From assembly GCA_031364845.1 (NCBI GenBank), contig JANLWX010000109.1, positions 1 to 35,107 on the forward strand: a stretch of DNA of 35,107 bases. Direction: 5' to 3'. A program made the position numbers and the translations under genes. This DNA comes from Candidatus Eiseniibacteriota bacterium. Its GTDB lineage: Bacteria > Eisenbacteria > RBG-16-71-46. Under the pieces are notes generated by a model that saw only the letters and a list, made by a program, of their open reading frames with translations, made no database searches and was not told where the DNA came from. This document shows, piece after piece, positions 11,401 through 20,083 of this stretch. Position 1 is the first letter of the stretch. Every line of letters starts with the position of its first letter.

Positions 11401-11584
11401 TGTCTACGACGTGCGCGGCGGTCTGGTGCGCGAGATCGCAAACGGTTCGTTCGCGCCGGGGCGCCATTCCATCGACTGGGATGGGACGCTGGGGAACGGC
11501 CGGGCGGCCGGATCCGGGATCTACTTCGTCCAGGTCCGCTCGTCGCTCGGGACCGAGCGGCTCAGGCTCGTGATGGTGAGGTAA
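5444..11584 (+). CDS. Secreted multidomain S8 (subtilisin-like) serine peptidase, 2046 aa, with FN3-like, Ig-like repeats and a C-terminal FlgD-Ig/T9SS-like domain
   Basis: AGGAG at 5432-5436 precedes ATG 5444. Signal peptide and prodomain (PGEILVKY...VEYAEPNY). Triad motifs GVIDTG (Asp codon 5900), HGSHTSG (His 6065), GTSMACPHVAG (Ser 6545). FN3-like PGAISDL...LAWTATGDDG...YDLRYS. Tail VRVYDVRGGLVR...WDG...GSGIYF. Confidence 0.93.
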   Translation: MRPRHCIVTAVVLLALFLVCAIAPASAAPQVIPGEILVKYRPGAQSQRGSVRAQVNGTRLRDFSFIGVEHMKLGKGVSVEQAIERLKNNPQVEYAEPNYEITIGAIPNDTRFGELYGMRNTGQTGGTPDADIDADQAWDVYTGDPNLLVGVIDTGIDYNHPDLAANAWTNPGEIPGNSIDDDFNGYVDDVHGYDFVNNDGDPFDDNGHGSHTSGTIAARGNNATGVTGVNWQCKVVGIKFLSGSGSGSTEGAIAGIQYAIAIGARLTSNSWGGGGFSQALLDAINAAGAAGQLFVASAGNSGANSDTSPSYPAAYDSPFIISVAATDDDDALASFSNYGLTTVDLGAPGVDILSCQPGGGYQLLSGTSMACPHVAGVAALAWGRFPAMTPAQCKALILNHVDPKPSLTGKCVTGGRLNALFTIADPDTIAPGAISDLAATNPGSNSIDLAWTATGDDGGTGRASAYDLRYSTAPINAGNFSGATPVPGAPSPQTSGSAESHRVTGLAFTTPYYFAIKALDEYGNTGSLSNVPDGTTLGIPDIAAAPDSFYADLLTGASSDQTLTLSNTAAGTLDFTIPTPVVQSSLPDPKPFLPTGKNVADARVGDPVVNGAGGPDGFGYRWMDSDQAGGPAFNWIDITGVGTPLGLTGDDAISGPVNIGFNFPFYGGSFVSVRIASNGFLTFTDTSAPYANQALPNSGGVANMVAPMWDDLNLTGAAAVYTHNDGGRFIIAWVGVPHYSGSGSGTYTFEAVLYPSGEIRFQYLSLVGDLNSATVGIQNALETVGLNVAFNTAYLHDNLAVRIFSVPQWLRVTPTSGRIAAGQSINLNLRFDASGLAGGNHLGAVTIASNDPDENPLSLPARLHVIGAPNIIVAPDSASFDSVYIGASPTRTVVVTNSGTDDLHVTGIASSNATVTAAPVAFTLPPAASQNVSVTFSPVAVGPVSATLEIASDDPDTPTKTVHVSGTGVTAPSFSVSPDSLHVTLNTNQSASRNVRITNNGGSNYVFTAEAEADLGPAPQRIQIQHQESELAKGAVDSRSGPVARSSGGPDAFGYTYKDSDEPSGGPSFNWLDIRPVGTQIATLTGDDQNGGPLPIGFSFPFYGSTFTSFRVCTNGWVSFTNGSLTTYTNTGLPNNGATVPENLLAPFWDDFNFNSTARAWYHSDGTRLVIQYQDVSRFLDSSHPNTFEIILYPNGRIVYQYLSITAATLNSHTVGIQNAGRDDGLQVAFNTPYAHSNLALEFRPPARFLTVAPGGGNIPPGGFMDLAVGFNASGLLGGDYSGRVRINGNDPIQPQKNVPCLLTVIGVPDVGANTSALHYGNVYVGYPALRQLQVTNTGSDVLHVSNIATSDPAFGVDVMSVDVPPSGSALVNVSFNPVLAQGYSGTLTVTSDDPDTPSLEVALDGTGLAAPNLELSASTLQAALATNLGPRALTKTKPIVIHNGGGSDLTWSTVAAVGLSSDAENPPQEKEADKGASSVPGPPVFAGAGGPDGYGYRWIDSDESGGPAFSWVEISGVGTPIPFTADDQNLGIALPFAFPFYGNSFNSIRACTNGWLSFTNSTLATYTNTALPNSGTTVPENLIAPWWDDQDFRTSGDAYSYYDGTRFIIEYLASPHYDNTGTYTYQVMLYPNGDIHFQYLDMQGVLNSATVGIQNAARDIGLQVVSDAAYVHDNLRVKLSRVPEWLSAAPDSGVIAAGEDDTVHVTFNATGLEDGDYEGVVAVTSNDPTLGNQEIECHLHVGTVASALDLRPDYSPAATDHGWIEAAMTDPGLECAPATVSSSSLLATGGIPIASGSAVVIDGCNATASFNRMSMLSALPGGASISATVSGEIPDVTWFTTSETMRMLRPVLNVPSGPFVGGSTVPLTWTNGAAAGATHFQIWFSPDGGGSWQNVTQNDADHAHNWTVPRTLNTSNGHLELLAYDGSGYMGSVFSGPFAIVNGTTGVEDGDVPDHFALGFAGSNPVRNRASFELAMPRGGNAEVRVYDVRGGLVREIANGSFAPGRHSIDWDGTLGNGRAAGSGIYFVQVRSSLGTERLRLVMVR
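7280..10483 (+). repeat. Three ~190-aa 'GGPD' domain repeats inside the protease
   Basis: GGPDxxGYxxxDSD...GGPxFxWxxI...FPFYG...NGxxxFT...APxWDD...LYPxGxIxxQYL...TVGIQNA...HxNL begins at 7280, 8585 and 9911 (spacing 1305 and 1326 bp). Confidence 0.9.
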
Positions 11585-11605
11585 AAGGCGGGTTCGCGGG
11601 AGGGC

Positions 11606-11635
11606 TTGACCTCGTTCCCCCGCCCGTGGTACAAA
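11606..11635 (+). promoter_or_regulatory. sigma70-type promoter of rplU-rpmA
   Basis: TTGACC (11606-11611), 18 nt, TACAAA (11630-11635) with an extended -10 TG at 11627-11628. Confidence 0.6.
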
Positions 11636-11737
11636 ACGCGGTCACTATTCCCATCCATGGCCTGCCAAACGGCGCCTCGTTCGCCCGTTCCGGCGGCTTC
11701 TCAGCTGTCTAAAGCCTATCGATTCGGAGAGTTGGCG

Positions 11738-12049
11738 ATGTACGCCATCGTAAACATCAACGGAATTCAGACGCGCGTGGCGCCGGACGAAGTGCTCGAA
11801 GTCGCGCGCCTCACCGGCGAGCCGGGGGACAAGCTCACCTTCGAAAACGTGCTGCTGCTGTCGAACGGGGACTCGATCACCGTCGGCCAGCCGTACGTGA
11901 AGGGTGCCACCCTCACCGCCGAAGTCGTCGACCACCTGCGTGGTCCGAAGCTCAGAATCTTCAAGTTCAAGCGTCGCCGCGAGTATCGCCGTCGCAAGGG
12001 TTACCGTGACGAGCTCACGCGCATTCGCGTGACCGCGATCCAGGCGTAG
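11738..12049 (+). CDS. rplU: 50S ribosomal protein bL21
   Basis: GGAG precedes ATG 11738; 103 aa MYAIV...VGQPYVKGA...IFKFKRRREYRRRKGYR; directly upstream of rpmA. Confidence 0.95.
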   Translation: MYAIVNINGIQTRVAPDEVLEVARLTGEPGDKLTFENVLLLSNGDSITVGQPYVKGATLTAEVVDHLRGPKLRIFKFKRRREYRRRKGYRDELTRIRVTAIQA

Positions 12050-12058
12050 GAGCGAACC

Positions 12059-12337
12059 ATGGCTCATAAAAAAGGTCAGTCGTCATCGAAGAACGGCCGC
12101 GAATCGAATGCCCAGCGGCTCGGCGTCAAAGCGTTCGGCGGCGAGAAGGTGCACGCCGGCACGATCATCGTTCGCCAGCGCGGAACGAAGTTCTTCCCGG
12201 GCGTGAACGTCGGCCGCGGCAAGGACGACACGCTGTTCGCGATGATGGACGGCGAGGTCAAGTTCGTTCGCTACAAGGGCACGCGCAAGAAAGTGCACAT
12301 CGTGCCGCTCGAAGCGGCAGCACCCGCCGCGAACTAG
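12059..12337 (+). CDS. rpmA: 50S ribosomal protein bL27
   Basis: [24 protein letters not shown]...[30 protein letters not shown]. Confidence 0.98.
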   Translation: MAHKKGQSSSKNGRESNAQRLGVKAFGGEKVHAGTIIVRQRGTKFFPGVNVGRGKDDTLFAMMDGEVKFVRYKGTRKKVHIVPLEAAAPAAN

Positions 12338-12357
12338 CTTCGTAGCAGGAATTCGTG

Positions 12358-12408
12358 AACGCCACGTCGCCCCGATCGCATCGCGGGTGACGTGGCGTTT
12401 CGCATGTT
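12358..12408 (+). terminator. Intrinsic terminator-like hairpin after rpmA
   Basis: AACGCCACGTCGCCC (12358-12372) pairs with GGGTGACGTGGCGTT (12385-12399; one G-U). The 3' arm ends in a short T run (TTT) followed by CGCATGTT. Confidence 0.65.
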
Positions 12409-12495
12409 GACCCGCACCCATCGACGCCGCGCCGCGAGTTCACGCGCCGGCCGACGCATTCCCCGCGCGAGCGGACGCCCCCAAAGGAGGACGAC

Positions 12496-13434
12496 ATGAA
12501 GAACAAAGTCGCGGTCATCGGAGCAGGAAACGTCGGAGCCAGCACCGCGCTCTACATCGCCGAACGCGGCCTTGCCGACGTGGTGCTGATCGACCGTCCC
12601 GAGATGGAGGGCATGCCGCAGGGCAAAGCACTCGATATGCAGCAGTCGGCTCCGCTGTGGCACAAGGGAGCGACCATCACCGGTGCGACCGATCTCGCCG
12701 CGGTCAAGGGTGCGAATGTCGTGGTGATGACCGCCGGCTTCCCGCGCAAGCCCGGCATGTCGCGCACGGATCTGCTGAAGGCGAACGCCGACATCATCCG
12801 CCCCGCGGCCGAGGCGGTGAAGGCGCACGCGCCGAATGCGTTCGTGGTCGTGGTCACGAATCCGCTCGACGTGATGGCATGGCTGTTCTGGAAGACGACC
12901 GGATTCCCGAAGCACCGCGTCGTCGGCATGGCCGGAATCCTCGACAGCGCGCGCTTTCGCGCGTTCCTCGCGATGGAACTCGGCGTCTCGGGCTCCGATG
13001 TGCAGGCGATGGTGCTCGGCGGGCACGGCGACTCGATGGTCCCTTTGCCGCGCTACACGACGGTCGGCGGTATCGCCGTGAGCGAGTTGATCCCGGCCGA
13101 GCGGCTCGCTGCGATCATCCAGCGCACGCGTGACGGCGGTGCCGAGATCGTGAAGCTGCTGAAGACCGGCAGCGCGTACTACGCGCCGGCGATGTCGGCA
13201 GTCGAGATGGTCGAAGCGATCCTCTTGGACCAGAAGCGCATCGTGCCGTGCTCCGTCCTGCTCGAAGGACAGTACGGGTTGAAGGACTTGTTCATCGGTG
13301 TCCCGATCGTCCTCGGTGGCAACGGCATTGAAAAGGTCATCGAGCTCAAGCTCTCGGCCGAAGAGACTGCGGCACTCCACAAGAGCGGCAAGGACGTCGC
13401 CGACATGATCGCGGAACTCGCGGTCGGAGTGTAG
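12496..13434 (+). CDS. mdh: Malate dehydrogenase (LDH-like type)
   Basis: SD AAAGGAGG; GAGNVG Rossmann motif; AGFPRKPGMSR substrate loop with Arg; VVTNPLD; LDSARF; LGGHGDSMVP; GSAYYAPA. Confidence 0.96.
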   Translation: MKNKVAVIGAGNVGASTALYIAERGLADVVLIDRPEMEGMPQGKALDMQQSAPLWHKGATITGATDLAAVKGANVVVMTAGFPRKPGMSRTDLLKANADIIRPAAEAVKAHAPNAFVVVVTNPLDVMAWLFWKTTGFPKHRVVGMAGILDSARFRAFLAMELGVSGSDVQAMVLGGHGDSMVPLPRYTTVGGIAVSELIPAERLAAIIQRTRDGGAEIVKLLKTGSAYYAPAMSAVEMVEAILLDQKRIVPCSVLLEGQYGLKDLFIGVPIVLGGNGIEKVIELKLSAEETAALHKSGKDVADMIAELAVGV

Positions 13435-13520
13435 ATGGAGCAGCGTTTCGTCGCCGGCGATCGCGGAAGCGACCGACCGGCGATGCGGCAACCGCGCGCG
13501 ACACGCGTCGGGGTGCGCCG

Positions 13521-13524
<4 letters not shown>
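13435..13524 (+). CDS. Putative 29-codon bridging micro-ORF (MEQRFVAGDRGSDRPAMRQPRATRVGVRR)
   Basis: ATG immediately follows the mdh TAG; its TGA (13522-13524) overlaps the kdsB ATG (ATGA). Translation is not demonstrated. Confidence 0.3.
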
Positions 13525-16054
<2,530 letters not shown>

Positions 16055-16058
<4 letters not shown>

Positions 16059-16879
16059 CCCGCGCCTTCGACATCGGCGGTGTACCGATCGGCGGGCCGG
16101 CGCTGTTCGTGATCGCCGGACCGTGCGTGATCGAGAGCGGCGAGATGGTGATGAAGGTCGCGCGAACGCTGCAGCAGGCGTGCGCCGCGCGCAGTCTTCC
16201 GTTCGTGTTCAAGGCGTCGTATCGCGAGGCGAACCGCTCGAGCGCTCGCTCGTTCGAAGGCCTGCCGGTCGCGGAGGCGTTGGAGATCCTGGCGCGCGTG
16301 AAGGGTCAGCTCGGTGTACCGGTGCTCACCGACGTCCACGACCCGGATGAGTGCCCGGCCGCCGCCGAAGTCGCCGACGTCCTGCAGATCCCAGCGTTCC
16401 TGTCGCGCCAGACTTCACTGCTCGTCGCCGCGGCGCGCACCGGGCGCGCGGTAAACGTGAAGAAGGGACAGTTCCTCGCACCCGACGACATGAAGCAGGT
16501 GGTCGAGAAGCTCACCGGCGCGGGCTGCGAGCGCATCCTGCTCACCGAGCGCGGCACCACGTTCGGCTATCACGATCTGGTCGTCGACATGCGCTCGTTC
16601 GGCGTGATGCGCGAGTTCGGCTGGCCCGTGGTCTACGACGCGACCCACAGCCTGCAGCGTCCGGGCGGCGTCGAAAGCGGCGGCGACCGCCGCCACGCGC
16701 GCCCGCTCGCGCGCGCTGCGGTCGCGTGCGGGATCGACGGCGTGTTCTTCGAGACCCATCCCGATCCCGCGCGCGCATGGTCCGATGCCGCGACCCAGCT
16801 TCCGCTCGCCGACATCGACGCATTCCTCGACGATCTCGTCCGCGTGCGGCAGGCGGTGGGAGAGAACGCGCATGCCTGA
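16055..16879 (+). CDS. kdsA: 3-deoxy-8-phosphooctulonate (KDO8P) synthase, metal-dependent type
   Basis: AGPCVIE (Cys metal ligand), LTDVH, LQIPAFLSRQT, VNVKKGQFL, ERGTTFGY, DATHSLQ, FFETHP, SD. Alternative start at 16049. Confidence 0.94.
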
Positions 16880-17393
16880 CCACGCTCCGATCAAAGGGCC
16901 CGTGCGAATCATGTTCCTCGATGTCGACGGCACGCTCACCGACGGAACCATCACGTTCGATGCGCAAGGCGACGGGCGGCATTTCTTCATTCGCGACGGG
17001 ATCGCGCTCGAATGGGCGCGCGATCTGGGCGTGGTCACGGTCGTGATCTCGGGACGCGGATCGGTGGCCGTCGAAGGCCGCATGCACGATCTCAAGCTCG
17101 AGTTCTACCTCGGCATCCGCGACAAGGTCGCGGTCGCCGAGAAGGTGATGGCGCGCGAAGGGGTGACGTGGGACTCGTGCATCATGGTCGGCGACGACCT
17201 GCCCGACGTTCCGCTCATGAAGCGCGTCGCGTGGCCGATCGCGGTGGGCGACGCGGTCGCCGAAGTGAAGCGCATCGCGCACACCGTGACGCGTGCCGCC
17301 GGGGGACAGGGTGCCGTGCGGGAAGCCGTCGAGTTGATGCTGCGTCACAACGGCACCTGGTCGCAGGTGCTCGAGCGCTACGGGGCGCGATGA
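16872..17393 (+). CDS. kdsC: KDO8P phosphatase (HAD, YrbI/KdsC family)
   Basis: DVDGTLTDG, RDG, ISGR, GDDLPD, GGQGAVRE; 8-nt overlap with kdsA. Confidence 0.92.
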   Translation: MPDHAPIKGPVRIMFLDVDGTLTDGTITFDAQGDGRHFFIRDGIALEWARDLGVVTVVISGRGSVAVEGRMHDLKLEFYLGIRDKVAVAEKVMAREGVTWDSCIMVGDDLPDVPLMKRVAWPIAVGDAVAEVKRIAHTVTRAAGGQGAVREAVELMLRHNGTWSQVLERYGAR

Positions 17394-18373
17394 CGTCCGC
17401 CCCCGACACAGCGGGCCTGCTCGCGCGCGCGAAGGAAGTCGTTCGCATCGAAGCCGCGGCGGTCGCGGCCCTCGAGGGGCGGCTCGGCACCGAGTTCCTT
17501 GACGCCGTGGAGATCCTCGCCGGATGCCAGGGCAAGGTGATCGTTTCGGGAGTGGGCAAATCCGGCCTGCTCGCGCATCAGGTCGCCGCGACCCTGACGA
17601 GCGTCGGAACGCCGGCCGTATTCCTTCATCCCGCGGACGCCCTGCACGGCGACGCCGGCCTGTTCACGCCCGGCGATGTCGCGCTGTTCATTTCGAAGAG
17701 CGGCGCCAGCGACGAACTGCTCGCCTTGATGCCCTACGTCGAGCGCCACGGCATTCCGCTGGTGAGCATCGTCGCCGTCGCGCGCTCGGCACTCGCGCTG
17801 CGCAGCACGGTGACGATCGTGACCGGCCCGCTGCGCGAGGCGTGTCCGATGGACATGACCCCGACCACGAGCCTGACCGTCGCCCACGTGGCCGCCGACT
17901 GCCTCGCCGTCGCCCTGCTCGAACGCCGGGGCTTGAGTCCCGAGGACTTCCGATTCCTCCATCCGGGCGGACTGCTGGGTCGCACCGCCGCGCGCCGGGT
18001 CGATGAGCTGATGCACGGCGGCGAAGCGCTGCCGCGGGTCGGCGAAGACATGCGCCTGCGCGAGGTGATGCTCGAGATCATGCAGAAGCGCCTCGGCATC
18101 GCGGGCGTGGTGGATGCCGAAGGCCGGCTGTCGGGCGTCATCAGCGACGGCGACTTCAAGCGCATCCTTCTGCGCGAGTCCGATCCCTGGCGCCTGACCG
18201 CGGCCGAGATCATGAGCCGGACGCCGAGCACCATCGCACCCTCTGCCCACGTCGCCGCGGCCGTGCGGCTGATGGAGGAGCGACCCGCTGGACCGATCAC
18301 GGCGCTGATCGTGATCGACGACGATCGCCGCCCGCTGGGGGTTCTCCACCTCCACGACTGCCTGAGAGCCTAG
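17390..18373 (+). CDS. kdsD: Arabinose-5-phosphate isomerase (KpsF/GutQ family, SIS + 2 CBS)
   Basis: GVGKSG, FLHPADALHGD, ISKSG, PTTS, FLHPGG.LG, C-terminal CBS pair ending GVLHLHD; ATGA overlap with kdsC. Confidence 0.93.
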   Translation: MTSAPDTAGLLARAKEVVRIEAAAVAALEGRLGTEFLDAVEILAGCQGKVIVSGVGKSGLLAHQVAATLTSVGTPAVFLHPADALHGDAGLFTPGDVALFISKSGASDELLALMPYVERHGIPLVSIVAVARSALALRSTVTIVTGPLREACPMDMTPTTSLTVAHVAADCLAVALLERRGLSPEDFRFLHPGGLLGRTAARRVDELMHGGEALPRVGEDMRLREVMLEIMQKRLGIAGVVDAEGRLSGVISDGDFKRILLRESDPWRLTAAEIMSRTPSTIAPSAHVAAAVRLMEERPAGPITALIVIDDDRRPLGVLHLHDCLRA

Positions 18374-18377
18374 GCTT

Positions 18378-18488
18378 GTGCGGCGAAGATTGTTGCTGGG
18401 GTAAAACGACCATTGCCCCTCATGAATTCGCAACGACTTGCGAGGGCCCGCCGGATCCGTCGAGACCGATCCACAATCTTCGCCTCAC
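18378..18488 (+). other. Inverted-repeat-bounded element with three internal hairpins (candidate structured RNA or MITE remnant)
   Basis: GTGCGGCGAAGATTGT (18378-18393) and ACAATCTTCGCCTCAC (18473-18488) are complementary at 15/16 positions. Inner stems: 18398-18419, 18428-18443, 18453-18472. Confidence 0.45.
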
Positions 18489-18611
18489 CGTGGAGGATTC
18501 TGCGCTGGTGTGTACGTCGCGGAGTCGGAATGTGGTCAACGGAGTCACGTGGCGATCAAGATCGCGCCCGTAAAGTCCGATATCTTCTATAGAATAGGAC
18601 CCTCAACGCGG

Positions 18612-18628
18612 TTGGCATACGCCGTGCT
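18612..18628 (+). promoter_or_regulatory. sigma54 (-24/-12) promoter upstream of lptC-lptB-rpoN
   Basis: TTGGCATACGCCGTGCT has GG (18614-18615), N10, GC (18626-18627), resembling the TGGCAC-N5-TTGC(A/T) consensus; ~73 nt upstream of the lptC ATG. Confidence 0.6.
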
Positions 18629-18700
18629 TGCGACCCCATGAACCCTTTGCTAGCGTGGGTCTCGCGGTACCGCCGTGCCTCTCAGAGATCGGAAGCTCCC

Positions 18701-19297
18701 ATGAAGTTGGACTCCCTCATCCGACGTTTCACCCTGTCGGCCGCGATCGTTTTCGTGGCCGTGGCGGCGTGCGCGGGCTGCAGTCAGCAGCGCGCGGCGA
18801 GTCCCGCCGCTTCGACGGGGGAGTTGCCGGATCAGGAAGTCAGCGACTTCGCGGTCGCCGAGACCAACGAGGGACGGATCGAGTGGAAGCTCTACGCGCG
18901 CGATGCCGCGATCTTCAACGCGCGGAACCTCATCGTCGCCCACCAGGTCCGCATCGACTTCTTCGACGAAGAGGGCAAGAAGTCGTCCGAACTCGTCGCG
19001 CGCCAGGGTGAGGTCAATCAGCGCACCCGCAACATGACCGCGCGCGGCAATGTCGTGCTGCAGACCACCGAGGGCACGCGCATGTCGAGCCAGGAGCTTC
19101 AGTTCCTGAACAAGGAGCAGAAGATCATCGTGCCCGACCACGAACGCGTGCGCGTCGAGCGCGGCGGGGACGTGCTCACCGGCTTCGGCTTCGAAAGCGA
19201 CCCCGAACTCACGCACTTCGAATTCAAGCGCAAGGTCCAGGCGACCGTGCGCACCCAGTCCGGCGGCAGCATCGGCAACACCGGGACGACCCGATGA
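18701..19297 (+). CDS. lptC: LPS export periplasmic protein LptC (probable lipoprotein)
   Basis: Lies between kdsD and lptB; PDQE...EGRIEWKLYARDA...VRIDFFDEEGKKSSELVARQG...ARGNVV...LTGFGFESD beta-jellyroll pattern; hydrophobic N-terminus ending ACAGC. Confidence 0.8.
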   Translation: MKLDSLIRRFTLSAAIVFVAVAACAGCSQQRAASPAASTGELPDQEVSDFAVAETNEGRIEWKLYARDAAIFNARNLIVAHQVRIDFFDEEGKKSSELVARQGEVNQRTRNMTARGNVVLQTTEGTRMSSQELQFLNKEQKIIVPDHERVRVERGGDVLTGFGFESDPELTHFEFKRKVQATVRTQSGGSIGNTGTTR

Positions 19298-20070
19298 CGG
19301 TCCACACCGAACCCGAAGAGCAGGTCCGGCCGCCGCAGCCCGCGCCGCAGGGAGAGCTGCGCGCCGAGGGCCTGGTGCGCTACTACGGCAAGTGGCGCGT
19401 GGTGAACGACGTCTCGATCTTCGTGAAGCGCGGAGAAGTCGTCGGCCTGCTGGGACCCAACGGCGCCGGCAAGACCACCTCGTTCTACATGATCGTCGGG
19501 CTGCTGCGTCCGAGTGCGGGCACCATCACGATGGACGGCGAGGACATCACCGCCGAACCCGTGTACCTGCGCGCCCGCCGCGGCCTCGGCTACCTGTCGC
19601 AGGAACCGAGCATCTTCCGGCGCCTCACCGTGCGCGAGAACGTGCTCGCGGTGCTCGAGACCATGAAGCAGACGTCGCGCGAGCGTTCGGAGCGCCTCGA
19701 CCAGCTGCTCGACGACCTCAATCTCACGCACCTCGCCGACCGCCAGGCCAGCAAGCTGTCCGGCGGCGAACGGCGCCGCGTGGAAATCACGCGTTCGCTC
19801 GCCCGCAAGCCGGCCTACATGCTGCTCGACGAGCCGTTCGTGGGCATCGACCCGATTGCCGTCTCCGAGATCCAGGACATCGTCGCGCGTCTGCGCGACC
19901 GCGGACTCGGAGTGCTCATCACCGATCACAACGTGCGGGAAACACTCCGCATCACCGATCGCGCCTACATCATGTACGAGGGAAGAATCCTGCTTCAGGG
20001 CACCGCCGAAGAGCTTGCTCGCGACGCGCGTGCCCGGGAGATCTACCTCGGAGATCGTTTCAGCCTCTAG
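19294..20070 (+). CDS. lptB: LPS export ABC transporter ATP-binding protein
   Basis: GPNGAGKTTSFYMIVGL, YLSQEPSIFR, LSGGERRRVEI, LLDEPFVGIDP, ITDHNVRETL, YLG. Confidence 0.96.
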   Translation: MTVHTEPEEQVRPPQPAPQGELRAEGLVRYYGKWRVVNDVSIFVKRGEVVGLLGPNGAGKTTSFYMIVGLLRPSAGTITMDGEDITAEPVYLRARRGLGYLSQEPSIFRRLTVRENVLAVLETMKQTSRERSERLDQLLDDLNLTHLADRQASKLSGGERRRVEITRSLARKPAYMLLDEPFVGIDPIAVSEIQDIVARLRDRGLGVLITDHNVRETLRITDRAYIMYEGRILLQGTAEELARDARAREIYLGDRFSL

Positions 20071-20083
20071 GATCGGAACCGCC

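Noticed and set aside
12050..12058. prp (ysxB) protease gene or N-terminally extended L27
   Set aside because: Only 9 nt separate rplU and rpmA, and L27 starts directly with MAHKK.
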